A stretch of 64,000 nucleotides of DNA from Geosiphon pyriformis uo1 (Eukaryota > Fungi > Glomeromycota). The notes below the pieces were generated by a model that saw nothing but the letters and a program-made list of their open reading frames with translations, searched no databases and was not told where the DNA came from. The position numbers were made by a program, and so were the translations under genes. The number at the start of each line of letters is the position of its first letter. Within the stretch, counting starts at the first letter, position 1. The stretch lies in NCBI GenBank assembly GCA_016748015.1, contig JAAOMT010000233.1, positions 128,452-192,451 on the forward strand. The letters are read 5' to 3'. Of the stretch, positions 37,677 to 52,144 are shown piece by piece.

Positions 37677-38404
37677 TTATCTCTCTTTTTTTAGAATTGA
37701 GCTTCTGTGAAATTGTATGTATCTATTATTATGGCTTTGTTTGTGTAGTGTTTAATAATTGTGTCGAGTATTGTTTTTTGTAAGTTTTTAAACTATTGAT
37801 TGGTTATTTGTCCTATGTTATTAACTGTTATAGTCTTTATAGATCTATATAACAGTATATTTGGACAATATTGGAAAGCAGTATATAGTTGGTATGCTGC
37901 TTTATAATATAAGATCAGGTTGCTTTTCTCAATAAATTTCTCTACTTGTTGTATTGCTTCTTTGTTAAAAGTTTTCTGGCTGAGATCTCTATATGGTGTC
38001 TTCAAATCTAGTTGTTTACCAATTTTGTAGAACTAATATGTTAGCAAAAGTTTCTCTTTCTATTTCTGGACATTATCTGGTATTTATTCTCCTGTTTCAG
38101 AGAGTTTGGTTCCATGAACTAAAGCTTCTTTGATTTCTTTGAGCTCAGAAACCACATAATTTTTATAAACTTTTTTTATTCCTGGTTTTATCCGAGAAGA
38201 AGCTTTTTACCAATTTTCTCTCTCAGGTATTAAGTAGGAGTAGGATCATTTAGTTCTAGTTGAACTCTCGTCCTTCTTTTTTCTGTTCTTATCTTTATAT
38301 CATATCTCTTTTCTATTAATTGTCACTTCTATTTGAGCAGAAGATTGTTGAATTGTGTCAAATAGTTATTTCAAAAGTTGTAGAATTTAATCTGACAAGT
38401 TTAT
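37677..38404 (-). pseudogene. B2 ORF3 homologue
   Basis: QIEVTINRKEI*Y aligns with A1 LSITINGSQIKY. YKAAYQLYTAFQYCPNILLYRSIKTITVNNIGQIT aligns with LRAALRLYDLFNTCENILQNPILQPMKVQYIGKFT. Confidence 0.75.
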
Positions 38405-38484
38405 GTTGAAAGTTCTATCATTTTTTGCTGTTTTTTGGATGCTATATATATTTGAATTCCCTAATTTAATTTGCTGTACATTGT

Positions 38485-39852
38485 TTATGGTACAATGATG
38501 ATGATTGGTTCTAGATTTTGTGGTATATCTTTTGGTCTGATTAATGAAATTTGTGTTTTTAATTGAGGTACTGATAATGATGATTCTTGTTTTGCATGAT
38601 AAATTTTTAATTAATTTCTATGTACTACTTTCTTTAAAATCCTGTCTTCTAATCATAATTTGTAAGCTCTATTGTCTAAAACTTCATATATGTAGAATAA
38701 ACCATCCCACTTTAGATTGAACTTTCTACTCCATTATTTCTCAGCTTTTGTATAATGTAATAGTATTTGGTCTCTAATCTTGAATTTCATTGGTTGTTTA
38801 GATAGTTGTTTATTATGTCTTTCTTTTTGTTGTTTCTGAATATTACTAATGTTGTTAGTTGCTGTTCTATAATTATTTTCTAATATTTCTATGAGCTGAT
38901 ATGTTCTATGGTATAAGATTGCTTTAAAATTCTCTTCAGTAATAGCTTTTGTTGAGTATAACTGTATTTCTTTTTCAATAAGTAGAGTGGTTTTTTTTTC
39001 ATAAACTAATTCAAATAGTGTGAACTAAGTCATATTTTGTTTCAGTGTTTGGTATGCAAAAAGTACAAAAAATATGAATAAGTCCCATTCTTATTTGTTT
39101 TCATGACTTATTTTTGTTAGTGCTTTACACAGTGTTTGATTAAATTATTTTACCAATTCATTTGTTTGTGGGTGATATGGTAACAATAAAAACTATTTTA
39201 TTCCAAACTGTTGACTTAATTCGGTTAACATATTATTTACAAAATGCATTCCTTGATTAAATAGCAGTTTTTTTGGACATCCATGTCTGCAAATTAGCTC
39301 TTGGTATATAAACTCAGCTACTGTTTTTGCATTTGCTACTTGGATAGCTCTGGCTTCTTGCCATTTTGTTAAATAGTCTATGATTACAGTAATATAACAA
39401 TTTCTTTTGGATGTTATAGAGAAAGTACCAACCAAATTGATCCTAATTCTATCAAATAAATTTTCAACTGGAATAGGTCGAAATGGTTCTGTTATTTTGG
39501 CTTCTTCTCTTTGCTGGCATAAGTTACAATTGAGCATGTATTCAAAAATGTTTTTGTATATTATTGGCCAATAGTATAAATTTAGGGTTCTTTTGAGAGT
39601 AGCATTTTTGTTAAAGTGTTCTGCAGTTGGATCAGAATACATACTGTGTAATATAGTTTCTTTTTCATTGTTTTTAATAACTTATTGTGGAATGGAGCAG
39701 TTTTGGTGTTCTTGCCAATATAGTTGGTTGTCTTGAATAAAATAATTTTGGGCTTGTTTTCATATGGTACTTTGTTCCTGTTAAGATAATATCTCCTTAA
39801 AATGTAGTGTTAATAGATACTAATGTAGACAGTAGTAATTGGTTGTGTCCAT
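38485..39852 (-). pseudogene. int: B2 integrase, separate ORF
   Basis: ATG GAC ACA ACC AAT TAC start; CNLC, IIDYLTKW, KWDGLFY; ends LEPIIIIVP*; no chromodomain. Confidence 0.87.
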
Positions 39853-39862
39853 GGGTCTGGGA

Positions 39863-42800
39863 TTAAGTTTGTGATATCTTTAACAAACTGTCAGCATTGG
39901 TGTTTTTGGATCTTTTTTTGTAATAAACTTTGAGTGGAAATTGTTGTAGATAAGTACTTTATCTTGCATATTTTCTTTCTAATTGTGGATTGTTAAGTAA
40001 TCAAACAAGTTCTTTATGATCAGTATATAGATCAAAAGGCAAGCTGAGGTAATGTCTCCATGTTTGTATGGCCCAATAAATGGTGAGACATTCCAGATCT
40101 ATCGTGCTATAATTTTTTTCTGCTGGATTAGTACTGTGACTGGTGTAGACAATTAGATGTTCTCTATTGTTCAGTCCTATCTGTAATAAGACTGCTCCTA
40201 GAGCATTTTTCAAGACGTTTATAGCAACAATAAACCATTTAGTGAAATCTGAGTAAATCAGGATTGGAGATATAATCAATCACTGCTTAAGATAGTTAAA
40301 TGCTTTCTGTTGGTTTTTTTTTTATAGGTATGGCACGTATTTGGACAACAAGTGGTGAAAGGGTTTTGTGATAGTTGAAAATTCTTTGACAAATTGGCAG
40401 TAGTATCTCACCAATTTTAAAAATTCTCATAACTCTCAAAAGTTAATTGGAACTGGAAAATTTTTAACTTTTTGGACCTTGTCTGGGTCAGTTTTACTTT
40501 GTCTTTGCCAATCACATGTCCTAAGAATTTCAACTCAGTTTTCCCAAAGAAACATTTTTTGAGATTAAATTTTAATCTGGCATTTTAAAAGCATTCAAAG
40601 ATTTGTTGAAGGTGCAGCAGATAATCATTAAATGTTTTAGAGAACATATTTGTGTTGTCTAAGTAAACTACAACTAATTTCCAAAAAATTTCTTTATAAA
40701 CAACATTCATAAGGTGTTGGAACATGGCAGGAGCATTGCAGAGTCCAAAAGACATTACATTGAACTTGAAATTTCTGTCTCAAATGGTAAATGCCATTTT
40801 TTTTTTATCTTTGAGATTCATTTCGACCTGCCAATATTTGCTGACTAGGTTTAATAATGAGAACCATTTCTTTTTTTCTAGATTGTCCAGAATTTCTTGG
40901 ATAAGGAGAGTGGAGTAATTATCTCTTTGGGTGATGTTATTTAATTTTTGGTAATCTATACAGAATTGTACTTTTCTGTTTTTTTTGGTGACCAAAACTA
41001 TTAGAAAAAACCAAAGGCTTAATGATTCCTTAATTAAGCCATTGTTGAACATTTGTTGGACTTCTTGTTTGATAAAATTGTTGCCAAATAGAGGTACTCA
41101 GTAAGCCTGCTATTTAATAGGTTGTACATCTCTCATATCAATCTGATGCTTTACAATATTAGTGCATCTGAACTTTTTTTTACTGGCAAAAACATCAGCA
41201 TATTGATTTAAGAGAACTTTAAGTTGAATTTGCTAGAGAGTACTCAGGTTTTTCAAGTGTAGTTTGTCAATTTTTTCTGGTGTAAACAGGTAACTTTTTT
41301 TTGACAAGTTTTATACTTGTAAGATAATATCACAAAATAAAAATAGCTGTGCAAAATCTGGAATGGACTGGGGTTTTTTGGAATATTGAATATCCAGTAA
41401 GATAGAACCAATGAAGATTCCTTTAGAAATTTCAATTACATCTTCTATTGGGTTGTGGATGGAAATTTTGAAGTGTTTATGAACTTTGGCCAGTAGGTAT
41501 AAGTTAGCAACATTGGCTAGAGAACAAATTTCAGAATCAGCTTCAAATAACAGGGCTTGATCTTGGATCTTTTGATTTATCTTGAGGATGTATTGTCAGT
41601 AAAGAGGAATGGAAATGACTGTGTCAGTGTAGATAAGTTCTACTTGATCACTATCTTCTTCTATGAAGTTGATTGGTACGTTTTCTCTTCCACTTGATCT
41701 AAACCCATTGATTCTTTGAGCTGTAAAACCTAATTTTTCTCGGGTTGTTACCAAGATTAATTAGGGTATTTTGACTAAGGGTAAGAAAATAGCTTGGGCA
41801 ATCTTTTCTTATGATTTTATTTTGAAGGGTTTGTCCAAATTGTTCTATAGCATTATAATAATGTTTTCCATATAACCAGCATCAATAATTCTTCTCTTTA
41901 TGTTGATTTTTTTTTGGCTAAACTAGATCGAAAAGCAACTTGTACCATTGTACTAACAAAAATTTCTAATGCTATCTTAAGATTTATTGTTACAAGGGAA
42001 TGTGGAACTATAACTATGATTAATTGTTTAGGGTATTATAGGTTGAAACCAGTATTGGTGTTATGTACTTTTACAGAGCAGATTTCTTTCTTGTTGTTAC
42101 TGTACTATTTTAATTCTAATTCTTTGGATAGGTCGGGATATGTGAGATACTGTTTTGTTTTGGTATCCTCAGTTGGATCTTAAAATAACATGTCCTCAAT
42201 GATTAATTCCTTTTTTACCTTAGGTTCCAGTAGTTCAGTGATTGGGTATAGTTTTCTTGAAGGCAGGTTAAACATGATATTGCATTTGTTGTAGTACTGA
42301 AAGTGACAAGAAATCAAACAATGATTGCACAATTTCATGTTTAAGTCAGCTAGTCTTTGTTTTTGTTCTTCCCTAGTTGATGCCAGGTTCTAATAGTGCT
42401 GTGGAAGTATTCTGAATTGTCTTTAATGTTGCCAAAAACATCAAAAGTCATGATATATTCAGGTTCTAGAAGAGATAAGAGGTTGTTTTTGATTTCCAGT
42501 AATTCTTGGTTGTAGTGCTCTCTATTTTTGCATTCGTTATTCTCCAAATCTTATTTTTATCATGGAGATACCTGTCCAATTATCATAACACTTATTTTTA
42601 GGCATCATCAATTAGAGTTCTTTTTTGTACCCAATTATTGATTAAGATAGTGTATTGACATGCTTCATTACATGTTTTTTCTCTGCTAAGAATATCATTC
42701 TATAGTCCTTCATCTGGCAGAATTTTGCCATAGGCAAGACATAATGTATTGTCCTATTTGTCTTGTTGTTTTGGTCTGCCAAATTTTTTTAACATACAAA

Positions 42801-45664
42801 GTCTACAGTAATATTTGGTGGCAGTTGGCTATTTCTCATCATCTCCAATATATGCACCCATAGAAGATAACTTTTTCTTATAGTTAACACAAATTAATTT
42901 CAGAGTTCAATATCATTGACTTTCTTGACTTGAGACAAAATAGCTTGCAGGTGCCAATTTTAGTTTTTTTTCTGCTTTTCCCTTTCTTTTTTCTTTTTAA
43001 GTTGGTGGCAGGAGTAACTTTGTTTGAAAATTGTCCACCCACAAAACTTTGATAAGTTTTTATGATTAGTGGTAGTGTTGTGTCTTCAAATTCAATTAGC
43101 AGTTCCTCTAAGCTTTGAACTTTGAAGTGTCCACATGTAGCTGAAACTCAAACATGTTATCTATTAAAGGTGATTTGTAATTCCTGTGTGTTTTAGTCAA
43201 GAATGGCATGAGTTTTGGCCAACCAGTTGTTTCCAATGAGAGCTTGATATTGCATGACTTCTATAACCAAGACTTTTGTAAGAATTTGAATTCCATTGAT
43301 TTCGAAGAAGAAGTTATTAATTTTTCTGATTGGAGTTTTGGTATTGCCATCTGCAGTAATGATTTGGACAATTACAACACAATCTACTTGGTGACCTAAT
43401 TGATCCATGAGTTGTTTTGTTATTATACTGCCTGTTGATTTACTATTGAGAATTAATTTAATGTCTATGTTTCCAATTCTAGCATTGGTGTATAAGGCCA
43501 TGATTGGTTTGTCCTAATTTATGGCAGCTCTACTGAAAAAACTATTTGTGTTCAGACCATCAATATTAAAAGGGAAGATAGCAGCAAGGGTAATATCTTC
43601 AGTAATAGTGGCAGGTAGAATAGTATTGTTGGTTTGATTTTGTCTTAAAGAGTTAAGAGTCTTTTCTACATCTTTTTTTTCTAAAGATATAGAGCTATAA
43701 AAATCCTGGTTTTTAGTGAGACCAAAATATAAGACTTGATTAGAGTATCCGATTGATGCTGGTTGAGATAAGACATTACTAAAATTTAGGAATTGCAATA
43801 GTATATTGTTAGTTGGCATCTGATTGTTGTTGAAGTTTTTTTATTCTTGGTTGTAGTCAATTACATAATATCTAAGTTGGTTATAAGCAGAGTTTTAGTA
43901 CTGGGATGCTGCTTAAGTCATTGGCTACAATAACTGATAGTAGTTCTGAGATGGTTGCTGAGTATACTGAATTTGTTGTAAGTATTGAGACAATTAATAA
44001 TAAGCATAGGATATTGGAATACTATGTTTTGAGAGTATTTCGGTTGCTAATATTAATTTCCTTGATTTTGGTCCATTACTTTCTTACAGCAGTCTCGGGC
44101 AATGTGTCTGAGTTTCTGGCAATAATAACAATTACAGAGATTGGGTCTTCAAGATTGTTGTTATTGCTGACAATTTTGTTGTTATTGGTATCTGTTATTA
44201 TTACTATCTTTTCATTGTGGTGACTGGTAGGGTCCTATAGTACTGACTAAAAATTCCTCAATTTTTTGAGTTAATTTCTCACTTAATTGAGTTATTTTTG
44301 TGTCAATATTGGATGTTCTATTAATAGTCAGATTAATGGCTTGAGTATAGGTAGTCTCTTGTTCTGCTGACTTAAAGTTACAAGCAAAAGTAACTGCCTC
44401 TTGTAAGTTTGTTAGGTGGTAGAGTCTTACAGATTGGGGAAGACTGCTCTTTAATCTTTTGACAAATTGATTAAAAATTTGTACCACAGTGTAGTAGTCT
44501 CTTTCAATGACCTGAATTTAACAAAAGATTTGATTGAATTGTCCAAAATAAGTGGTCACTGCTTCATGATCTTTTTGTTTTATAATACTAAACTGATTTT
44601 GTAATTTAATAAGAGTGTTCAGGTCACAAAAATATTGCAAAAAGACAAGTTTAAAGACAGCGAAGTCAGTTGGTTTCTCTACAAAACTTTGATATCATGA
44701 ATCTGCAGTTCTAGTTAGAAAAAATAACAACACTTAAATGGCTCTATCATTATTCCAATTGTTGGCAGTGATGGCTTTTTCAGCTTCCATAATTCATGTA
44801 TATGCATTATCTTCTTTACCAGAAAATTTTTTTAATTTGGCAATATCTCAGTAAGTCATAATTTGGTGAGTAGGTGGAGTCTTACTGGTTGATGCTGAAA
44901 GATTTGGTGTTTGTATGCTAGAGTGTTCTTCTGGTGCTAATTTTGGTTGTTTCTTTTTATTAATTTTCCCAATGGGCTAAAAGATAGCTGTTTTTTCAGA
45001 GGGAGTAGTTGATGATTCAGTCAAGAGTTAGGTTGATGGTGGTTCTTACATTGATATATTTCTATCTGTTTTATTGATTGTTGGAATGAGGTTCTCAAAT
45101 AATAATCCATATTCTTTTAGAGATCTGGTCCAACTGTTGTAACCCTATGGGTGTTGATTTTTGGGAGTTTGTGGTGTTTCTGCCTGGGTTTCCATGGTTG
45201 GATTAAATACAATTCTACTTTCTGATGTCTGATAGTATAATAGAGTTGTTGGAAAGAAGAATCTTGGTTTCTTGTTAACTGTAGACTTGGCTTAAGCAGT
45301 TGTGGGGTTGTTGGATTCATCTTCGTATTTCTTAGAGTTAGATTTCACTAGTTGTTATACTTAAGGAAATTGTTTTAGCACATAATATTTAATGTCTGTA
45401 TCAATTATGCGCAGAGTTTCAGCAATTGCTCAGATAGTTATAGCTGTTGAGTATTCTAATAAGCTTTGATAGATTTGTTCTTCCAGTTTTTCTGTATTAG
45501 TTGTGCAGCCTAATAAGCAGTTGATTTTTGTGTTGATATAATTACAAAAATCACTTTCTGCATAAGTGGTTTTTGCTGGTATTTCTAAATCTTTTTGAAA
45601 GTATTGAAATAATGCTCTTCCATATGAGAAGTGTTTTTTTTTTTACTGTTCCAATAGTTACTAT
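39863..45664 (-). pseudogene. gag-pol: B2 gag-PR-Cys-rich-dUTPase-RT-RNase H
   Basis: FCIDYQKLN; FGLCNAPAMFQ; YLDN; dUTPase TGFNL / FRSSLA / IIDAGYMENI / IAQAI (~41700-42120); LILNSKSTGSII; CYYCQKLRHIARDC. Confidence 0.88.
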
Positions 45665-46982
45665 TTTTGTGAATTTCTGGAGTGCTCTGTCTCTGTAGAT
45701 TTATAACTTCACAGAAAACACCAAATGTTATGTGTAAACTTAATAGAATAGGGAAATAGTAATGTTTAGTGCTCTCAAGTATTGGTAATGCATGTTTTAC
45801 ATAATTTTAGTGGCTTACTCTTTGATTATCAGTCTTTGAAAATCTTATTTTACTGGTTGTAAATTTACTCATTGAGTTCTTTGGTTATAAGGCACAAAGT
45901 TTTAGTTTTTGCTAATTACAACTTTTTATAAAAGTGAGCTTTTTTCTCCAAGCTAATAAGTACAGTCATTAGGGTCTGGCATTGTTTTTTTGCTTTTCTG
46001 GTAAGCTATCAAGATAATATTAATATCCAAATATCTTGGAAGAGCTTTCTTTTTTTACCAGGCTATTACAAAGTCTATTCTTAGATAGTCAATTTTATTA
46101 TGTTGCTGCTCCATAAGAGAAAAATAAAGAAAGAAAAAGAAAAGAAAAAGAAAATAAAAATAAAAGAAAAGATAAATTAGTATCATCAATTACCATGATC
46201 AAGAGTGATTGGTCCAAATCATTAATAGTTTAAAGCAGTTATGCTAAGAGCATCTGTCCTAGAATAAAAATATAAAACAATAGTTAATTCACATAAATTC
46301 TACAAAGTTTGAGAACATGAATTTGTGATTCTGATTTCTTAATAATTGATTTATTTTAGAAGATAAATATAGAATATAATAAATAATAAAAGAGTATAGA
46401 TATTTGATTTTTGTGTAAGAATTTGTATCTAAATGTCTTTCTACTTTCTTCAACTACTTGTTTTTATACATTCTTTTGGTTTTACAGAATTGCTTTTTGA
46501 TTGTTCTGTTATTGTTAACTATTGCTTTGCTATTTCTGTAATTGCTTCATTTTTCTATATTAGTACTAGTTATCCTATGTTATAACATATTATCTAGTGT
46601 TATTACATGTTATTCTGTGTTATCTCATATTATAATATATTATTCTGCATTATTCTCAATTATAATGCATTATTCAATATTATTGTACACTATTCTGTGT
46701 TATGTTACATTTTGGTCATGTTTTTTTATAACTTTGGATCAGTTTTTCTATTCAGATAACATCAGCCTAACAGACAGTCAATTTTTTTGTGTAGATATTG
46801 ACAAAATTTTTTTTTAGCAGTGATGGTTTTAAGTGGTATTTTCAAATCTTGCCTAAAATATTGCAATAATGCTTTTCCATATGGTAAGTAATCTTTTTCT
46901 ATTGTTTTAAGAGTCACTACTTTTGTCAATTTCTGGAGTGCTCTGTTTCTGTAAATTTTATAACCTTACAGAGAGCACCAAA

Positions 46983-47994
46983 TATTATAAATAAACTTAG
47001 TAGTATATAGTAATAATGTTTAGTGCTCAAAATTTGAAGTTTTTAAGGAGCTTTTAATAGTTTTTTAGTAAGCTTGTTTGTTATGTTAGTGTTATCAGTC
47101 TTTGAAGGTCTTTTAGATTGTTATGAATTTATCTATAGAGTTTTTTGGTTATAAGACACAGAAAAATGTTTTATAGTGTTACAACATCTTGTATATGAAT
47201 GTGAACTATCTTTTCTGAGCTAATTAGCACAGTTATTAAAGTCTGGCAGTGTTTTTTCGCCCTTTTTGTAAGCTACCAAGATAATGTTAATATCCAAACT
47301 TAGAGAGAGCTTCTTTCTTTTACCAAGCTATCATGAAATCTATTTTTAGATAGTCAATTTTTCTATATTGCCACTCTACAAGAGAAAATTAAGAAAAAAT
47401 AAAATAAAATAAAATAAAATAAAAGAAAAAAAATGAAAAAAAAGAATATAAAAGAAGATGAATTAGTATCATCAATTGCTATAATCAAAAATGATTGGTT
47501 CAAGTCATTGAAAGTTTGAGATGTTTATACTAAGAGCATCTGTCTTGGAACAAAATAATGAAACAAGAATTAGTTTAATTTACACACAAAATAATTAATG
47601 ACCATGTATTAAAAATTTTGTGGTTTTTAAATAAGTCCTTTATTTTTGTAAAATATAATAATTATAAGAAAAAGAAAAATTAATTCTTGTCTGAATGTTT
47701 TTTTAACTTTTACAACTACTTGTTTTTATACATTTTTTTTGGTTCTACAGGATTGCTTTTTAATTGTTTTGTTTTTGCTAACTATTATTTTACTATTTTT
47801 GTTATTGCTTTATTCTTCTATATTATTACTAGTTATCTTATATTTTAATTAGTTATTTTATACTATAACACATTATCAAATTTTGTATTATGTTATTCTA
47901 AGTTATTATGTATTATTCTGTGCTATTTTATGTCATTACATTTTTGGTCACATTTTTTTCATAACTTTGAATTGGTTTTTTTACTTGAATAACA
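46983..47994 (-). repeat. B1 5' LTR
   Basis: Followed on the minus strand by the PBS and gag start (46766-46980). Confidence 0.9.
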
Positions 47995-50900
47995 ATATCC
48001 TAAGAAAAACCAAGTTCTTTTTAACTTTAGACTTGGAAAGCAGATACTAACAAGTTGAAATAGATTTTAAAAACCACTCCAAAACAGCTTTTATCATTTA
48101 AAAAAAAACTATAAGTTTAATATTATGTCTTTTTAACTTTATAATATATTAATAACATTCCAAAAATTTATGGGTGTTGTTTATAAAAAACTTCTATGAT
48201 AATTAGTAATTGTTTATTTTAATAATACTAATATATACTCTTCAAGTTTCAAAGCTTATTTGATTCATCTACAAAAAAGTTTTTCAACAATTATGAAAAA
48301 CAGAATTAAAATTAAACATTAAAAAATATTATTTTGAAAAAATGAGTTTGATCTTTTTTGGATACATAGTCAGCAAAAATGGAATTCAATCCAACTTAAA
48401 AATAATTAGTACTGTTAAAAACTTTCAAGTTTTTCAAAATACTATAGAATTAAGAAAATTTATAGAATTAATCTCTTATTACCAAAAGTTTATTAAAAAT
48501 TTTTTTGAAATTGCCAAACAACTCAATTATTTAACAAATAAAGATATTAAATATTAATAGACTCAAGCTTAACAACAAACATTCAATACTTTTAAAGAAA
48601 AATTTATTATAGCTCCAATTTTTGCTTATTCAAATTTTAGCAAAAGATTCTAGTTAGCCACCAATGCATCACATACAGCTTTTGGTGCAATTTTATTACA
48701 ATTAGATAACAATAACAATGAATAAATAATTGTATATGTTAGTAAAATACTTAAGTCAACAAAACTTAAATATGGCTCAATTAAATTAAAAGCAGCAGCT
48801 ATTATCTGAGCTCTTAAATACTTTCAACAATACTTTCAAAATGAATCTTAATTTAATATTATCACAGATAATATTAAATTTAAATAGCTTAATAAAAAAA
48901 GTTCAGAATTCAGTTCAAAGCAATCTTAATAAACTGGTTTTCTAGCCAATTACAAATACATTATACATTACAAACCAAGAAAATTACACCCAAATGTTGA
49001 TAGTTTTTTCAAAATAAGGCAAAATTAAGACTTATATTAGTAATCTAATAACTTAACAAAAAAATTAGTAATAAAACAATAGATACCAAAAATTACAACA
49101 ATATCAAAAACTATTTAAAAACTCTTAATATATTAAAAAATTGGTCTTCAGTTAAAAAACACTGATTACAAAACCAAGTAAAACAATACTTTATTCATTA
49201 TAACAGAATCTATTACTAAAATTACAAAAACTCAACAAATTTATTTAGATTAGTCTAACAAAATAAAAAAAACTATCTTATATAACATATATACAGATTT
49301 GTGATTAGTATATTTAAAAAAAATAGTACAATTTTTTAACAGAGTTAGTATCAATTTAGTTAGATCACTACTCATTATAATTCAAAAAAACTGTTATATT
49401 GCAGTTGTAGTAAATTATTTTATCAAATAGCTCAAAGTTAAAGTTATTTAAAAAACAGATGTAAAATCAGTAGCAAATTTCATTTATAAAGACATTATTA
49501 TAAATATAGATGCCCAATTGAATTTTTATTTAATCAAAAAACACACTTTGTAAACAACTTAATACAAAAAATTTGTGAACAATTAAAAGTTAAAAAACTC
49601 TTATTATTATATTATTACCTCCAAACAAATAGATTAATAGAATATTTTAACTAAATATTATGTGAATTACTAGCCAAAATCTCAACCAATTTTGAGCAAA
49701 AATAAAATATCTTTATTTTATTAGTGTTACTAATATATAAAACACTAAAACAAGATACTATAAAACACATACTATTTGACTTTACATATAGAAAAACAGC
49801 AATATTATCAATTAATTTTACAGTAAAAACATACCTAATACAATCAATTAATAAAAAAAACTTTCAAAAAACACTCTAATAAAGAGCTTACATCTTTTTT
49901 AATATGTTGAAAAAAAAAAGACAAATAGCAGCAATTCATATTAAACATTTTTAAGCTCAATAAAAAAACAGCATGATATCAAATTGACATTAGTTATCAA
50001 CGAATTTAAAGTTAGAAACAAAGTTTTCTTACATAAAACTAAGGCTAAAAAACAATAGAATAGAAAATTTGAACATAAATAAGACAGATTATTTTATATT
50101 TACAAAATTTTAGGCAATAGATTAAACAAGTTAAGACTTGATAACAAAGTTCTAGTCAAAGTTGCACATAGAGATTGATTGAAGCACTGTTATTCCAAAA
50201 ACAATTCTAAATCATTAATTCTACAAATTAGTACACATTCTCTTTTAATTAATTTTGAAGATATTTTCTAAAATTTAGAATTAATAGTTGTAATAAAACA
50301 ATAACCAAAGCTGAATATTTAATTTATTTTATCAGGATTTTTTTTAAAATAATACAGAAACATTAAACAAAAATAAAAAATAACCACCAGAAAATATCCA
50401 TACCAAAAATATATAAAACTCTTATACCAAAAATAATTTCTTTCTTATTTTTTGTTTTTACAAATTTATTTAATTTTCATTTAACTTTATAATACTTATT
50501 TTATAAAACATTCAACAAATACTCTAAAAATTAATGTTAGCTTTAAAAACACTCCCAGACTTATTTATAACAGTCAATAGAAGTCAAATTAATTACATTC
50601 AAAAAAAAACTACAGCTCTAATAGTAAATAATTCTCAGAAATATTATTTTTATAGAAGAAACACAAAAAATTATTCTGGAAGTTAATTACCAGAACTTTT
50701 GAAGCAAGCTTTGAAAAAAAACTTATTATTTACACCCATTGACATTTTTTTAAATGCCACAATATAACAAAAACTTCAAATATGTCTTAATAAAAACAGT
50801 AAATATACCCTAGTTATAATATTTTCAAATTGGAAAAACACTTTACCAATAAAAACTGGAACTCAAAACAACCAATCTCACTTCTAAAGTAATACAAAAA

Positions 50901-51172
50901 TGAATACACAACAAATTCAAGACAACAGCTGGACTAACAAATGTTTGTTATAGATTTAGAGCAGTTTTTAAACTCCATAACTTATTTAATACTTGTGAAA
51001 ACGTTTTACAAATTCAATATTTTAACCAATGAAGATTCAATATATTGGCAAGCTTACAGAACTGAAATTTTAACAATTTTCAGACCAAATTACTTCAATA
51101 ATCTTGGATCACTATCTCGAAATCACAAATAGTGCTTGGCTTTAATGAAGCTCAGTTTTAAGAAGAAGATTA
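47995..51172 (+). pseudogene. A2 RT-RNase H (to TAA 49026-49028), integrase (49079-~50320, internal deletion), ORF3 (~50490-51190)
   Basis: Colinear with A1 22627-25668. Confidence 0.88.
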
Positions 51173-52144
51173 TGTTATTAATAAAATTTTAACTATTAAA
51201 TTAGCAGGCAATTACTTCTATAATTCCTATTATTAATTAGCATATATTAATATTGTTTCAATTATTACTTATTATTTAATTAAATTATTAAATATCACTA
51301 TTTAATTAATAAACCGATTTGTACAATAGAAATTAAGATAATCAAATGACACAATACTTCGAACTATGTAATATCTAAGAATTGGCCAAAATTTGTAGAA
51401 ATTTACTGAAATAATGAGTAATTTATTAAAATAGTTAATAATGCAATGAAATAATTTGTAGGTTATTGAAATATATTTTTAGTTCATCGAAATAATAGCA
51501 AAGAGTAAAGTTTAAGTTTATAGACTAGTACTATAACAAATTGTATAAAAAAAGAGATTTTCTCTTTGAGAAAATATATCTTACTTAAAATTATCTCATT
51601 TAAATTTACTTTTAGTTAAAAACAATCGAAATAAAAATCATACTTTAAAAAAACCAATTTTTTAATTAATTGCACTTGAAATTTCCCAAAAACCCAACTA
51701 ATGTTTGAAATTGATTAGCTACCAATTTCAGTAAACTGTTAGTGATTTCAGGTCTGAACCAAAAACGATTCTCTTTACAAAATCTCATTTTTTTTACATT
51801 TCTTTTATTTTTTTTTATTTTTATTATTATAATTATTAGGATAGTCTACAGATGAGTTTTCTGTAAAAAAGTTAACTTTTACAGCAAAATAACTACACAT
51901 TTTTAGTAAGCTTCTAGATAAACAATTCTTGGAAAAGAGTTGACGTTTATTACAATGTAACTATACAAAATAACTGGCACAAAATTGGCCATTTTACTTA
52001 TAAGCCTAATACTTCAAATTATCTTCTATAATTTGAAAATAAATTCAGTTATTAGAGATTCAATAGCTTTCAATAAACATGAATTAAAACAGCAAATGAA
52101 CATTAATAACAATTAAAAAAAGAGACCAAAAATTTTTAATAATA
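51173..52144 (+). repeat. A2 3' LTR
   Basis: Preceded by PPT agaagaagatta. Followed by GCAC, matching the GCAC (minus strand) at 2117-2120. Confidence 0.88.

Larger units (their letters stand above)
36640..46761 (-). mobile_element. B2: full-length decayed Ty3/Gypsy element nested in B1 gag
   Basis: LTRs 36640-37676 and 45726-46761; PBS ~45706-45723; PPT 37677-37692; TSD TTGG (36636-36639) / TCAG (46762-46765), both derivable from TCGG. Confidence 0.9.
27138..47994 (-). mobile_element. B1: Ty3/Gypsy element nested in A2 RT, containing B2 and a solo L LTR
   Basis: LTRs 27138-28162 and 46983-47994; PBS 46963-46980 (TGGTGCTCTCTG); PPT 28163-28178; TSD ATGT (27134-27137) / ATAT (47995-47998). 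A2 RT rejoins across it. Confidence 0.9.

Noticed and set aside
37457-37783. Hydrophobic ORFs in B LTRs (28066, 37457, 46542) as possible env/TM proteins
   Set aside because: Translations of T-rich tattctgtgttat-type U3 repeats on the antisense strand.
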